NCBI GenBank assembly: GCA_030672465.1
Contig: DAOVGJ010000029.1
Coordinates: 1-24,192, forward strand
Length of the DNA stretch: 24,192 bases
Source of the DNA: Pseudomonadota bacterium
GTDB lineage: Bacteria; Desulfobacterota; BSN033; WVXP01; G020346125
Direction: 5' to 3'
The notes below the pieces were generated by a model. That model had not been told where the DNA came from. It saw only the letters and a list, made by a program, of their open reading frames with translations, and did no database searches. The stretch's first letter is position 1. Each line of letters begins with the position of its first letter. Position numbers and translations under genes: made by a program. Below are positions 14,746-24,192 of the stretch, one piece after another.

Positions 14746-15975
14746 TTAAAAGAATTCGCCGAACCAATCCCTCATGCGGCGACTCACCTTCGTGAAGATA
14801 TTGGTTTCGCCGATCCGGAATCGGCTCTTGGACCGATTCCTGCTTCCATACATGACCAATCCGACCCCCGTTGCAAAAATGGGGCTATTCACTAAGTCCA
14901 CCAGACCGCTTATGCCCACAGGATATCCCGTTCTCACCGGAAGGTTGAAGACCTGTTCGGCAATCTCGGGCATCCCTTCCATGATGGCTGTTCCCCCCGT
15001 CAGGACAATCCCCGAACCGATGAGGTTGGCGTAGCCGGATCTCACGATCTCGCCTTGGATCAGCGTCAAAATTTCCTCCACACGGGGCTCGATGATCTCC
15101 GCCAGGGTCTGCCGGGAAAGGGTCCGAGACTTTCTTCCCCCGACACTGGGGACCTCGATCATCTCCTCCTTCTTCACCATGGAGACCAGGGCACATCCGT
15201 ATCTCTTTTTTAACTTTTCCGCCTCCTCCGCAGGGGTCCTTAGGCCAAGGGAGATATCGCTGGTGATGTGATTTCCCGCCAAGGAGAGGACCGATGTGTG
15301 TTTGATGCTTCCGTTACAAAAGATCACCAGGTCTGTGGTTCCACCCCCGATGTCCACAACGCCAATTCCAAGTTCCTTCTCCTCCGAGCTCAGGACCGCC
15401 TCACTGCAGCCCAGTTGTTCTAAGACAATGTCATTTACGTGGAGCCCCGCACGATTGGCGCAGCGGATGATGTTTTGAGCCGAGGTAACCGCCCCGGTGA
15501 CGATGTGTACTTTTCCCTCCAAACGAACGCCGCACATACCGATGGGATCCCTGATTCCATCCTGATCATCCACGATATATTCCTGGGGGAGGACGTGAAT
15601 AACCTCCCGATCCATGGGGATCGCGATGGCGCTAGCGGCATCGATGACGCGCTTTATGTCGTGCTCGGTAATTTCCCGGTTTTTCACGGCAATTACCCCA
15701 TGGCTCTTGAGGCCTCGAATGTGTCCTCCCGCTATCCCGGCAAAGACAGAATCGATCTGACACCCCGCCATGAGCTCGGCCTCCTCGATCGCTTTTCTTA
15801 TGGATTGTACCGTTCCTTCAATGTTGACGACCACTCCCTTTCTGAGCCCCCTTGAGGGATGGGATCCGATTCCGATGATGTTGATCAATCCGTTTTGGAT
15901 CTCCCCCACAATGGTGCAGATCTTGGTCGTTCCGATATCCAGGCCCACCAATAATTTGTTCTCCTTTCCGGCCAT
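14746..15975 (-). CDS. ftsA: Cell division protein FtsA
   Basis: GLDIGTTKI, GVVVNIE, DIGGGTTD, VLTGG and a C-terminal amphipathic helix (KVSRRMRDWFGEFF). Start set at ATG 15975 (AGGAGGT 7 nt upstream). Confidence 0.98.
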   Translation of the reverse strand: MAGKENKLLVGLDIGTTKICTIVGEIQNGLINIIGIGSHPSRGLRKGVVVNIEGTVQSIRKAIEEAELMAGCQIDSVFAGIAGGHIRGLKSHGVIAVKNREITEHDIKRVIDAASAIAIPMDREVIHVLPQEYIVDDQDGIRDPIGMCGVRLEGKVHIVTGAVTSAQNIIRCANRAGLHVNDIVLEQLGCSEAVLSSEEKELGIGVVDIGGGTTDLVIFCNGSIKHTSVLSLAGNHITSDISLGLRTPAEEAEKLKKRYGCALVSMVKKEEMIEVPSVGGRKSRTLSRQTLAEIIEPRVEEILTLIQGEIVRSGYANLIGSGIVLTGGTAIMEGMPEIAEQVFNLPVRTGYPVGISGLVDLVNSPIFATGVGLVMYGSRNRSKSRFRIGETNIFTKVSRRMRDWFGEFF

Positions 15976-15993
15976 ATCTCTCACCTCCTTTCT

Positions 15994-16791
15994 CTATAAG
16001 GTTTTGATGAGTCTTTTTGCGTAAAATGCCGTTACGTCCCTCATCTTTACAATAACCCTCTTTTCATAATTACAATCGATATATGCGGGTTTAAAGGGTC
16101 TTTTACGGAGATGTCTCCAGACCCTCTCCAATCGTTTCCATTTTGTATCGTAATTGTCGAGGCCCAATTTGATTTCGATGGCCCCGTCTTTCGTATAGAT
16201 GCTTATTCCAAAGGCCTTATCCATATGGATTTCGGAGATGTCCTTTTGGGAAAGGACCTCTCCTCCCTCGATCACCCTGATCAACCTCAACGCTTTGGAG
16301 ATCAATCCCCATGCTTCATCGGGGTTGGCCTTGAAATCATCCCGATGGAGGCCCGTCAGAATGGGATGATCGATTTGATGATCTTTGGGTACCCTAGTAA
16401 ATATAACCCCCTGAGTATCGATGTAATAGAACCGGTCCAAAAGGATGATGGCCGCTGGTCGCCTCTCGGTAATTCTTATTGAGATCCTATCGGGGAAGAT
16501 CCGCCTGATCTCCGCGCGCTCTATCCAGGGGTTGGTCTCCACCTTGCTTCTCAATGTGGCTAGCTTTATGCTGAGGATGTTCGGTCCGCGGTCCAAGTGC
16601 GTCATAGACAAAATGTCCCTTTCGGAAGTCTTCCGGCAGCCCTCAATGACTACTTCCCGGAGGGCCAGCAGGGGCGAATCCACCATGTAGCCATACACGG
16701 CGCGGCCCATGAAGGCCAAAATGGCCATGACCAATACCAGTATGGTGGCCTTAAAGAGCCCCTTTAGAAGAGGAGCTACCACTTCTCCCAT
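15994..16791 (-). CDS. ftsQ: Cell division protein FtsQ/DivIB
   Basis: N-terminal TM, POTRA domain (LREVVIEG...PWIERAEIRRIFPDRISIRITER), C-terminal YIDCNYEKRVIVK; position between ddl and ftsA. Confidence 0.93.
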   Translation of the reverse strand: MGEVVAPLLKGLFKATILVLVMAILAFMGRAVYGYMVDSPLLALREVVIEGCRKTSERDILSMTHLDRGPNILSIKLATLRSKVETNPWIERAEIRRIFPDRISIRITERRPAAIILLDRFYYIDTQGVIFTRVPKDHQIDHPILTGLHRDDFKANPDEAWGLISKALRLIRVIEGGEVLSQKDISEIHMDKAFGISIYTKDGAIEIKLGLDNYDTKWKRLERVWRHLRKRPFKPAYIDCNYEKRVIVKMRDVTAFYAKRLIKTL

Positions 16792-17740
16792 CCCTTTCCC
16801 GCCCTCGTACTTCTGTCTTCAATGAACCTCCCCTCAGGATCCTTTCCGCCAGTTCCGGGAAGTCGACCCCGGCAAAATGGGCAGCCTTTGGCACAAGGCT
16901 TGTCTCCGTCATCCCGGGCATGGAGTTGACCTCCAGGACGAAGATTTCCCCCTTCTCACCTGTCATCATATCTACCCTTGCACACCCCTCACATCCCAGG
17001 GCCTTATAGGCCTCCAAACCGGCCTGCTCGGCTTCTTCGTAGGTCTTCGAGGGGATGCGGGAGGGTAGGATATATTCGGTCTCTCCCTTGGTATATTTAG
17101 CATGATAATCATAAAATCCACTCTTCGGGGCAATCTCGATTATGGGCAGCGGCTGGCCATTCAGCACACTTAAGGGAATCTCCTTCCCCTCGATGTATTC
17201 CTCCAAGAGTAGCCGATGGTCGTATTCTCGGGCACCCTCAATGGCCTGGACCAGCCCGTCTTTATCGTGGACGATGACTACGCCAAGGGTCGATCCTTCA
17301 GAAGCCGGTTTCACCACAATGGGAAAGGGAAAGTCCAACTTTTCCAAGGCCTCGTTTGCGCCTTCGGTGGCTTGCAAAATGTTGGAGGCCGGGGTAGGAA
17401 TACCATGGGTGGCAAAGACCCGCTTGGACATGATTTTGTCCATGGATAGAGCGCTGGCCAAAACCCCTGAGCCGGTATAGGGTATTCTCATGATTTCCAG
17501 CATTCCTTGGACGGTCCCATCCTCGCCGAACCTTCCGTGGAGGGCGATAAAGGCAACCCGGATCTGCTCGGAGATTAGTCGCCCGGCAACGTCGTAACTC
17601 ACGTCGATGGGACAAACGTCGTAGCCCCTACCCCTGAGGGCCTTTATGATAGCCTCTCCGGTCCTCAAGGAGATCTCCCTTTCCGCGGAGATCCCGCCCA
17701 TCAGCACACCTATTTGCCCTTGAACCTTTGATCTTTTCAT
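16751..17740 (-). CDS. ddl: D-alanine--D-alanine ligase
   Basis: VLMGGISAEREISL, LHGRFGEDGTVQG, PYTGSG, VKPASEGS, YDYHAKY, LEVNSMPGMTETSLVP. Confidence 0.98.
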   Translation of the reverse strand: MKRSKVQGQIGVLMGGISAEREISLRTGEAIIKALRGRGYDVCPIDVSYDVAGRLISEQIRVAFIALHGRFGEDGTVQGMLEIMRIPYTGSGVLASALSMDKIMSKRVFATHGIPTPASNILQATEGANEALEKLDFPFPIVVKPASEGSTLGVVIVHDKDGLVQAIEGAREYDHRLLLEEYIEGKEIPLSVLNGQPLPIIEIAPKSGFYDYHAKYTKGETEYILPSRIPSKTYEEAEQAGLEAYKALGCEGCARVDMMTGEKGEIFVLEVNSMPGMTETSLVPKAAHFAGVDFPELAERILRGGSLKTEVRGRERDGRSGSSSSKGAL

Positions 17741-18657
17741 TCCTCTCCAATAATGTGAACTTCGGGGGTCAGCCGGATCCCCCGCTTCCCATATACCTCA
17801 TCCCGAATGAAGGCCATTAAATCCAAAACCTCTGCCGCTGTAGCATCTCCCTCATTGACGATGAAATTACCGTGCTTCTCCGAGATCCGCGCAGCGCCAA
17901 TACGGTAACCCTTAAGGCCCAGCTCATCGATCAATTGCCCTGCCGGCGCCCCCTCTGGGTTTTTAAAGATAGAGCCAGCCGTTGGCACATTCCATGGCTG
18001 GGATTCAAATCTGAGCCTTTGAAAGCTCTTGACCTTGGCCGCGATCTCCTCTCCTTTCGCCTCCCCGACCCCCAGGACGCCTCTGAGAATAATGGACCCC
18101 TTGGGGAGAACCAGATTTCGGTAGTCAAACCTCAGCTCCTCCCTTTGCTTAACCGTCACGCTGCCTGTTTCCTTCATCATGGCGACGGATCTAACCACAT
18201 CCCTCATTTCCGAACCGAAGGCCCCGGCATTCATGGCCAGGGCGCCTCCTACGGTTCCGGGGATTCCGGTGAAGGCCTCAAGGCCCGTAAGGTTCCTTTC
18301 CCCGGTAAATCGAACCAGGTCTTTCAGGTTTACCCCTGCCCCGGCGGAGACCAACACCTCATCGTCCTCTCGGCCAATGATCCTCACCCTTCTGAATCCC
18401 CGGCAAAGACTGATGACAATGCCTCGAAGTCCCCCATCCCTGACGATGACATTGGTCCCCCTGCCCAGGACGTAATAGGGAATGTCCCTCTCTTTGGCAA
18501 ATTGGAGTATCTCCCTTAAGTCTTCCTCGTCCTGGGGAAATGCGAGGGCGTCGGCACGTCCACCCACCCCCAACGAGGTATACTGTGCCAAGGGAACGTC
18601 AAAGGAGACATTCCCCTTGATAAGCGATTTCAATTTCTCCTTGGTATCCCCGTTCAT
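17737..18657 (-). CDS. murB: UDP-N-acetylenolpyruvoylglucosamine reductase
   Basis: TSLGVGG, LGRGTNV, GIPGTVGGALAMNAGA, AGSIFKNP, ISEKHGNFIVN, EVHIIG. ATGA overlap with ddl. Confidence 0.97.
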   Translation of the reverse strand: MNGDTKEKLKSLIKGNVSFDVPLAQYTSLGVGGRADALAFPQDEEDLREILQFAKERDIPYYVLGRGTNVIVRDGGLRGIVISLCRGFRRVRIIGREDDEVLVSAGAGVNLKDLVRFTGERNLTGLEAFTGIPGTVGGALAMNAGAFGSEMRDVVRSVAMMKETGSVTVKQREELRFDYRNLVLPKGSIILRGVLGVGEAKGEEIAAKVKSFQRLRFESQPWNVPTAGSIFKNPEGAPAGQLIDELGLKGYRIGAARISEKHGNFIVNEGDATAAEVLDLMAFIRDEVYGKRGIRLTPEVHIIGEE

Positions 18658-18684
18658 TTACCGGATACCCATGAGGTCATCAGT

Positions 18685-20085
18685 TCATCGGCGGCTCTCC
18701 GCCTTGAATTTCCTCCTGAGTTCATCAATCAGATCTTCACCCACCCGGTAGATATCGCCGGCCCCTAACGTGATCACCAGGTCGCCGGGCTTAATAACCG
18801 ACAAGAGGTATTGGAGGATTTCACCCCGATCAGAGATGTAGTGGACATCCCTATGTCCGTGTTCCCTAATTCCCTCGAAGAGGTGGCGAGCGTGTACCCC
18901 CTCGATCTCCTCCTCCCCTGCTGGGTAGATATCGGTGATGACCAGCACATCGGCCTCGTAAAAGGCCGTCAGAAAATCACCAAAGAGGGCCTTGGTCCGG
19001 GTGTACCGATGGGGTTGAAAGAGGGCTACGATCCTCCTTCGCCATCCCGACTTGGCAGCCCTCAAGGCGGCCTTGATCTCGGCGGGATGATGGCCGTAGT
19101 CATCAAAGACCAGGATATCCTCAATTTCGGCCTTCATTTGGAACCGGCGTTGAATGCCGGAAAATCCGGCCAGGGCCTCCTGGACGGTCTTGAAATCGAC
19201 ATCCAATTCAAAAGCCGTTGCCACGGTGGCCAATACGTTGTAGACGTTATGGATTCCCGGCATCTGGACCTTCAATCTTCCAACGCGCCTACCTCTGTGA
19301 ACCAGCTCGAAGGAGGTATGAGGCCCATCGAAGCTCATGTCCTTGGCCTGGAAGTCGGCCTGACTGGATAGCCCATAGGTGATAAAGCGTTTTCTCAATT
19401 GGGGGATTAAGCTTTGGACGTTTTCGTGATCCAGGCAGAGGACCGCCAGGCCAAAGAAGGGGATCTTGTCGATAAACTGAAGGAAGGCCTCCTTAATCTG
19501 TTCGATCCCCTGATAGTAATCGAGGTGTTCGGGGTCGATGTTGGTTACCACGGCGATCGTGGGCAACAGTTTCAGGAATGATCCATCGCTCTCATCCGCC
19601 TCGGCCACCAAGAAGTCTCCCTGGCCCAGTTTGGCCGTACTCCCGATGCTGTTGAGTTTGCCACCGATGACGACTGTGGGATCCAAACCCCCATGGGCCA
19701 AAACCGTGGCGATCAGGGAGGTCGTGGTGGTCTTCCCATGGGTCCCCGCAACGGCCACGCCGTATTTCATTCGCATGAGCTCTGCCAACATCTCCGCTCT
19801 CGGAATGACGGGAATGAGCTTTGAAGCGGCTTCCTGGATCTCTGGGTTCCCCTCCTTGATGGCCGCGGAGACGACGACCACCTCTGCCCCTTGGATGTTC
19901 TTCCGTTGATGTCGGTAATAGACCCGCGCCCCCAATTGCTCCAATCGCCGAGTTATCTCGGTTTCCCGAATATCGGATCCGCTGACCTCATAGCCCAGAT
20001 TGAGGAGGACCTCGGCAATCCCGCTCATCCCGATACCCCCGATTCCAACGAAATGGATATGGTTTATTTTGGTCTTTCGATACAT
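18685..20085 (-). CDS. murC: UDP-N-acetylmuramate--L-alanine ligase
   Basis: [54 protein letters not shown]. Confidence 0.99.
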   Translation of the reverse strand: MYRKTKINHIHFVGIGGIGMSGIAEVLLNLGYEVSGSDIRETEITRRLEQLGARVYYRHQRKNIQGAEVVVVSAAIKEGNPEIQEAASKLIPVIPRAEMLAELMRMKYGVAVAGTHGKTTTTSLIATVLAHGGLDPTVVIGGKLNSIGSTAKLGQGDFLVAEADESDGSFLKLLPTIAVVTNIDPEHLDYYQGIEQIKEAFLQFIDKIPFFGLAVLCLDHENVQSLIPQLRKRFITYGLSSQADFQAKDMSFDGPHTSFELVHRGRRVGRLKVQMPGIHNVYNVLATVATAFELDVDFKTVQEALAGFSGIQRRFQMKAEIEDILVFDDYGHHPAEIKAALRAAKSGWRRRIVALFQPHRYTRTKALFGDFLTAFYEADVLVITDIYPAGEEEIEGVHARHLFEGIREHGHRDVHYISDRGEILQYLLSVIKPGDLVITLGAGDIYRVGEDLIDELRRKFKAESRR

Positions 20086-20087
20086 GG

Positions 20088-21170
20088 CTATCTTCCCAAA
20101 GATACCAGTTTATAGCACCAATCCACGATGAGATCGGCGGCATTGGGTTGAGCCAGCTCCCCCGCTCGCTTCTCTATGGTGGAGATCTCATCCCTATTTC
20201 GATACAGGTGGAGAATCGCATCGGCCAGGAGTTTCCCCGTCAAATCGAAATCGGAGATCATCCGTGCAGCCCCTGCCTTTACCAGGGCTCTCGCGTTGAG
20301 GGTCTGATGATCACCGGAGGCATGGGGATAAGGGATTAAGATGGAGGCCCTGCGGGATACGGTCAACTCGGATACCGTTGTAGCTCCTGAGCGGCAGATG
20401 ACCAGATGGGCATCTCGATAGCAGGTAGCCATATCATCGATAAAGGCCCTCACCGATGCTCGGAATCCCCTCCTCCGGTAATTTCGGGAGACGAATTCCA
20501 GGTCATTCCCTCCCGTCTGGTGGATGATTCTCATGGTATCTCGAACCCCCTCCAACCAATCCAGGGCTTCCACCATCTTTTCGTTTATCCGGTGGGCCCC
20601 TTGACTTCCCCCGAAGATGAAGAGGTTAAAATCATCTCCGTTTCGGGTGTCCTCGAGCCCCTGGAGGAACTCCTTCCTCACCGGATTCCCCGTGAGAATC
20701 GTCTTCCCCTCGGGGAAATAGGATCTGCTTTCTTCGAAGGAGATGAATATGGCGTTGGATAGCCTTCCCAACAGGCGATTAGTGGATCCAGGTATGGCAT
20801 TCTGCTCCTGGATGGCCCTTCTAATGCCTACCAGAAAAGCCGCAAGGACAACGGGACCCGAAACATACCCCCCTACGCCGATAACCAGGTCTGCCTTGAA
20901 CTCCTCGATAATCCGAACTGAAACGACGATGCCAAGGGGGATAGTCAATAAGGAGATCAGCTTCCTCGTCAATGTCTTCCCCCTGACCCCAGAGACGGAG
21001 ATGGTTCTCAATTGATGTCCCATTTTGGGAATGAGCGCCTCCTCGATCCCCCTCTTCGCTCCAACGAAGAGAACTTCATTTCGCGCCTCCCTGATCTTGA
21101 ACGCCTCGGCTATGGAAATCCCGGGGAAGAGGTGTCCCCCAGTTCCGCCACCGGCAATGATGATCCTCAT
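20088..21170 (-). CDS. murG: Lipid I N-acetylglucosaminyltransferase
   Basis: True start is ATG 21170 ([17 protein letters not shown]), overlapping the ftsW stop as ATGA. Motifs GGYVSGP, EQNAIPG, GNPVR, GGSQGA, CRSGATT, HQTLNA. Confidence 0.97.
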   Translation of the reverse strand: MRIIIAGGGTGGHLFPGISIAEAFKIREARNEVLFVGAKRGIEEALIPKMGHQLRTISVSGVRGKTLTRKLISLLTIPLGIVVSVRIIEEFKADLVIGVGGYVSGPVVLAAFLVGIRRAIQEQNAIPGSTNRLLGRLSNAIFISFEESRSYFPEGKTILTGNPVRKEFLQGLEDTRNGDDFNLFIFGGSQGAHRINEKMVEALDWLEGVRDTMRIIHQTGGNDLEFVSRNYRRRGFRASVRAFIDDMATCYRDAHLVICRSGATTVSELTVSRRASILIPYPHASGDHQTLNARALVKAGAARMISDFDLTGKLLADAILHLYRNRDEISTIEKRAGELAQPNAADLIVDWCYKLVSLGR

Positions 21171-22267
21171 GTGCTTCTCGCCTTTGATGAAATGTTGAGG
21201 AGAATGCCTACCCCCATTGCATTGACGAGTAGGGACGTTCCCCCGTAACTGATGAAGGGGAGGGTTAGTCCCTTTGTGGGGAGTAGTCCGAGAACTACCC
21301 CCATATTGACGATGGCCTGCATCGAGATCATGGCTGTTATCCCTACCGCGAGAAGGGTCCCAAAGGATTCTTCTGTCATGAGGGCAATACGGATACCACG
21401 AATCGTGAACAGGGCGAAGAGACCCAAGGTGATGGTTGCGCCCACCATGCCCAGTTCCTCCCCGATTACGGAGAAGATAAAGTCGGTATGCGGGGCTGGC
21501 AGAAAGAAGAGCTTCTGGCTCCCGCCTCCCAACCCTGTGCCGAAGAGGCCTCCTGATCCGAATGCAAGAAGGGATTGAACGATCTGGAAGCTCGTTCGGC
21601 TGGGATCTTCCCATGGGTTCAGGAATCCAATAATCCGGTTATACCGATAATCAACCCTCATGATCAGCAGATAAATGATGGGAATGGCAGCCAAAATGGA
21701 GGACACCAAATAAGATATCCTCGCTCCTCCGATGAAGAGGAGCATTAATACCATGGTTGCCAAGAAGATGGCCACACCGAAATCCGGTTGGAGCATGACC
21801 AAATAGATCGTTATTCCCGAGATTATGAGGACCGGAAGAAAACCCGTGGAGAAGGTTCTCATTCGATCTCCCTTTTTCTCCAAGAAGTAAGCCAAGAAGA
21901 TGATGAGGGCCAGCTTTGCGAACTCCGAGGGCTGAAAGGAGAGGTTGACGAGCCGAATCCAACGGGTCGACCCACCAACCTTGTATCCTATCCCCGGAAT
22001 CAAAAGGAGTATGAGGGACATCAGGCTTAGTCCCAATATGGGATAGGCCAATCTTTTCAGAAGGGTATACGGGGTATTCATCATCACCATCATTATCACC
22101 AAGGCAAAGGCACCGAATAGGGCCTGTTTTTTTAAGAAATAGTAACCGTCTCCGAACCTATCCGCCGCAAGAATGGCACTGGCACTGTAGACGATCACGA
22201 TCCCTACCCCAATCAACGAGATGGTAATAATGAGCAGGGACAGATCATATTGGGCCCTTTCCCTCAT
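21167..22267 (-). CDS. ftsW: Peptidoglycan polymerase FtsW (SEDS family)
   Basis: Multi-TM protein; RWI, FQPSEFAK, QPDFG, LPAPHTDFIFSVIGEELG, LPTKGLTLPFISYGGTS; position murD-ftsW-murG. Confidence 0.97.
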   Translation of the reverse strand: MRERAQYDLSLLIITISLIGVGIVIVYSASAILAADRFGDGYYFLKKQALFGAFALVIMMVMMNTPYTLLKRLAYPILGLSLMSLILLLIPGIGYKVGGSTRWIRLVNLSFQPSEFAKLALIIFLAYFLEKKGDRMRTFSTGFLPVLIISGITIYLVMLQPDFGVAIFLATMVLMLLFIGGARISYLVSSILAAIPIIYLLIMRVDYRYNRIIGFLNPWEDPSRTSFQIVQSLLAFGSGGLFGTGLGGGSQKLFFLPAPHTDFIFSVIGEELGMVGATITLGLFALFTIRGIRIALMTEESFGTLLAVGITAMISMQAIVNMGVVLGLLPTKGLTLPFISYGGTSLLVNAMGVGILLNISSKARST

Positions 22268-22310
22268 GCCTTTCGAGCTCCCTTGGGATTTCCCTCGCCA
22301 AGTTGATTAA

Positions 22311-22540
22311 TAGAGATCCCTGAAAAGGTCGTTCTTCGCTGCTCAAAATCTTTTTTTGACCATTGTAAAGTTCGCTTCACCGCAAATCCAAAACTCGCCC
22401 TACGGGCTCAAACGTTGCAGTTGCGGTTCTGCGGGCGCTTGAATGATAATGTGCACTGCCCTAACCGCATGACTGCAGCACTGCAACACTGTATAATTTC
22501 GCGCTCAGACCTCCTTTTTCCAGTTTTTCAGAGGTCTCTA
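22311..22540. mobile_element. 230-bp non-autonomous MITE-like element with 16-bp imperfect terminal inverted repeats
   Basis: Left TAGAGATCCCTGAAAA (22311-22326); right, reverse-complemented, TAGAGACCTCTGAAAA (22540-22525); 14/16 identical, with TA at both ends. Internal hairpins are present and there is no transposase ORF. It interrupts a normally abutting murD-ftsW junction. Confidence 0.8.
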
Positions 22541-23871
22541 ACAATCTCCTTAAAGATGTTTCCCCTCTCCTCGTAATCCCTGAACATATCGAAACTTGAA
22601 CATGCCGGGGATAAGAGCACCACATCGCCGTGCTTCGATTCATCAAAGGCTCGATGGACCGCCTCCTCAAGGGTATCGGCTACGGTGGTAGGGACGGAAG
22701 TCCCCAAGGCCTCAGCCATTCTCCGCTTCGCTTCACCCATTAAGATGAGCCGCTTCACCCTTTCGGTAACGATCCCTTTGAGAGGGCCGTAATCTCCCCC
22801 CTTGTCCTTTCCCCCCGCGATCAAAATGATGGGCTCGTGGAAACTCCTCAAGGATTTGACCACGGCGCCCACATTGGTTCCCTTGGAGTCATTGTAAAAG
22901 TTCACCCCATTCAGTTTCCTCACGAACTCCAAACGGTGAGGCAGTCCTCTGAAGGACTCCAGGGCAGTCTGGATAGCCCTCTTTGGACAGGAGCAGATTT
23001 TGGCCGCTGCCACGGCAGCCAACATGTTCTCGATGTTGTGGATTCCCTTCAGGGAAACCCGTGCGAGCTCCAAGCGCTCAACGTTTCCCTTTGGATCACG
23101 GCACATGAGCGAGTCCCGGTCAAGGAATGCCCCTGCCTCCAGGGGAGATGTAAGGCTAAAATACCATTTTCTCGCCTTGATCTCAGAGCTCATCGCGTTG
23201 ATGGTCCCGTCATCGGCATTGAGGACGGCAAAATCCGAGCCCCGCTGGTTCAAAAAGAGCCGAAATTTAGCCCTGATGTACTCCTCATAATCGGGATACC
23301 GGTCTAAATGATCCTTGGTGATATTGAGCATGAGGGCGATATAGGGCCTAAATTCAGCGATTCCTTCCAGTTGAAAGCTGCTGATTTCGGCCACCACATA
23401 ATCCCATTTACCCCCTCCGGCACAATCGATCAGGGGATTACCCACATTTCCCCCCACGAAGACCTTCTTACCGGATACCTTGAGCATATCCCCGAGGAGG
23501 AGGGTGGTGGTGGTCTTTCCGTTTGTCCCCGTTACCCCGATAATCGGATCTCGGATGAATCGGCACGCCAGCTCGATTTCGCTTATGACCTCGATGCCTT
23601 TCTCCCGAGCCGCCGTGAGGGGTTCGATACTGAGTGGAACCCCTGGACTGACGACGATCAGGTCGGCACTCAAAAAGGTCTCAATCCTGTGCTCACCAAG
23701 GTCGGTCCTTACGTTGAGCCTCCGTATTGTGGACCAGTACTCCCCCAACTCATCGGCGGATCGAATATCAGTTCCCATAACCCGCGCCCGCTGCTCGGCC
23801 AGAAATCGGACAACCCCTATTCCCGTCCTGGCCATTCCCACCACTAAGACCCGCTTTCCCTGCAGTTTCAC
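22528..23871 (-). CDS. murD: UDP-N-acetylmuramoyl-L-alanine--D-glutamate ligase
   Basis: VLVVGMARTG, VVSPGVP, GVTGTNGKTTTT, EISSFQLE, LNITKDHLDRY, GLPHRLE, YNDSKGTN, LLSPACSSFDMF. The last codons and the stop lie inside the element's TIR. Confidence 0.98.
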   Translation of the reverse strand: MKLQGKRVLVVGMARTGIGVVRFLAEQRARVMGTDIRSADELGEYWSTIRRLNVRTDLGEHRIETFLSADLIVVSPGVPLSIEPLTAAREKGIEVISEIELACRFIRDPIIGVTGTNGKTTTTLLLGDMLKVSGKKVFVGGNVGNPLIDCAGGGKWDYVVAEISSFQLEGIAEFRPYIALMLNITKDHLDRYPDYEEYIRAKFRLFLNQRGSDFAVLNADDGTINAMSSEIKARKWYFSLTSPLEAGAFLDRDSLMCRDPKGNVERLELARVSLKGIHNIENMLAAVAAAKICSCPKRAIQTALESFRGLPHRLEFVRKLNGVNFYNDSKGTNVGAVVKSLRSFHEPIILIAGGKDKGGDYGPLKGIVTERVKRLILMGEAKRRMAEALGTSVPTTVADTLEEAVHRAFDESKHGDVVLLSPACSSFDMFRDYEERGNIFKEIVRDL

Positions 23872-23892
23872 CGGACTCCCCGAAATGCGGAA

Positions 23893-24192
23893 TTACCTCA
23901 TCTTAAGCGTGCTGATGGCCACAAGTCCCAGAATGATCGCGATAATCCAGAACCTCACGATCACCTTTGGTTCCACCCATCCCTTCAGTTCGAAGTGGTG
24001 ATGGAGCGGGGCCATCTTGAAAATCCGTCTTTTCCTGAGCTTGAAGGAGACCACCTGCATGATGACGGAGATGGTCTCCAATACGAATATCCCGCCCACG
24101 ATAGCCAAGGGGATCTCGTGTTTGGTTACCAGGGCCAATGTTCCCAAGGCCGCTCCGAGGGCAAGGGACCCCGTATCCCCCATGAAGACCTG
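23893..24192 (-). CDS. mraY: Phospho-N-acetylmuramoyl-pentapeptide transferase, C-terminal part (5' end outside window)
   Basis: [50 protein letters not shown]. The frame stays open to the window edge. Confidence 0.97.
   Translation of the reverse strand, partial: QVFMGDTGSLALGAALGTLALVTKHEIPLAIVGGIFVLETISVIMQVVSFKLRKRRIFKMAPLHHHFELKGWVEPKVIVRFWIIAIILGLVAISTLKMR

Noticed and set aside
17872-18519. 215-aa plus-strand ORF
   Set aside because: Antisense shadow of murB with no recognisable domain. The same applies to the other plus-strand ORFs in the track, all of which overlap well-supported minus-strand genes.
21171-21614. 148-aa N-terminal extension of murG in the ORF track (20088..21614)
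   Set aside because: It lies in an alternative frame of ftsW and has no recognisable motif. The canonical MurG start at 21170 forms an ATGA overlap with the ftsW stop.
22509-22517. Strong Shine-Dalgarno-like AAAGGAGGT on the minus strand inside the element
   Set aside because: No start codon at a usable spacing, and it is part of the AGACCTC/GAGGTCT stem.
22461-22670. 69-aa minus-strand ORF spanning the murD end and the element
   Set aside because: Alternative frame of murD running into repeat DNA; no RBS and no transposase features.

Overview
An ordinary-looking housekeeping region with every credible gene on the minus strand. Gene order suggests an anaerobic deltaproteobacterium (Desulfobacterota-like); this is an inference. 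In transcription order (right to left) it holds the distal dcw cluster (mraY partial, murD, ftsW, murG, murC, murB, ddl, ftsQ, ftsA, ftsZ), then a radical SAM gene and three small uncharacterised genes. These are followed by mfd, two SurA/PrsA-type PPIases, pdxA, etfB, an etfA with a fused 2x[4Fe-4S] ferredoxin domain, and a zinc-ribbon/TM/DUF3426-type membrane protein. No rRNA, tRNA, CRISPR array, transposase, integrase or defence gene was recognised. The most unusual signal is non-coding. A 230-bp TIR-bounded element sits between murD and ftsW and supplies murD's stop codon; removing it in silico restores a murD reading frame that ends in an ATGA overlap with ftsW. A second, degenerate, inverted copy of the same element (29/30-nt identical core built of 8-nt repeats) lies 11 kb away, and the upstream gene's stop codon again falls in the TIR-like motif. 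Also notable are a Rex-like operator and a sigma70-like promoter partly embedded in the pdxA 3' end, upstream of a partner-less bifurcating-type Etf, and a duplicated C-terminal peptide in FtsZ.
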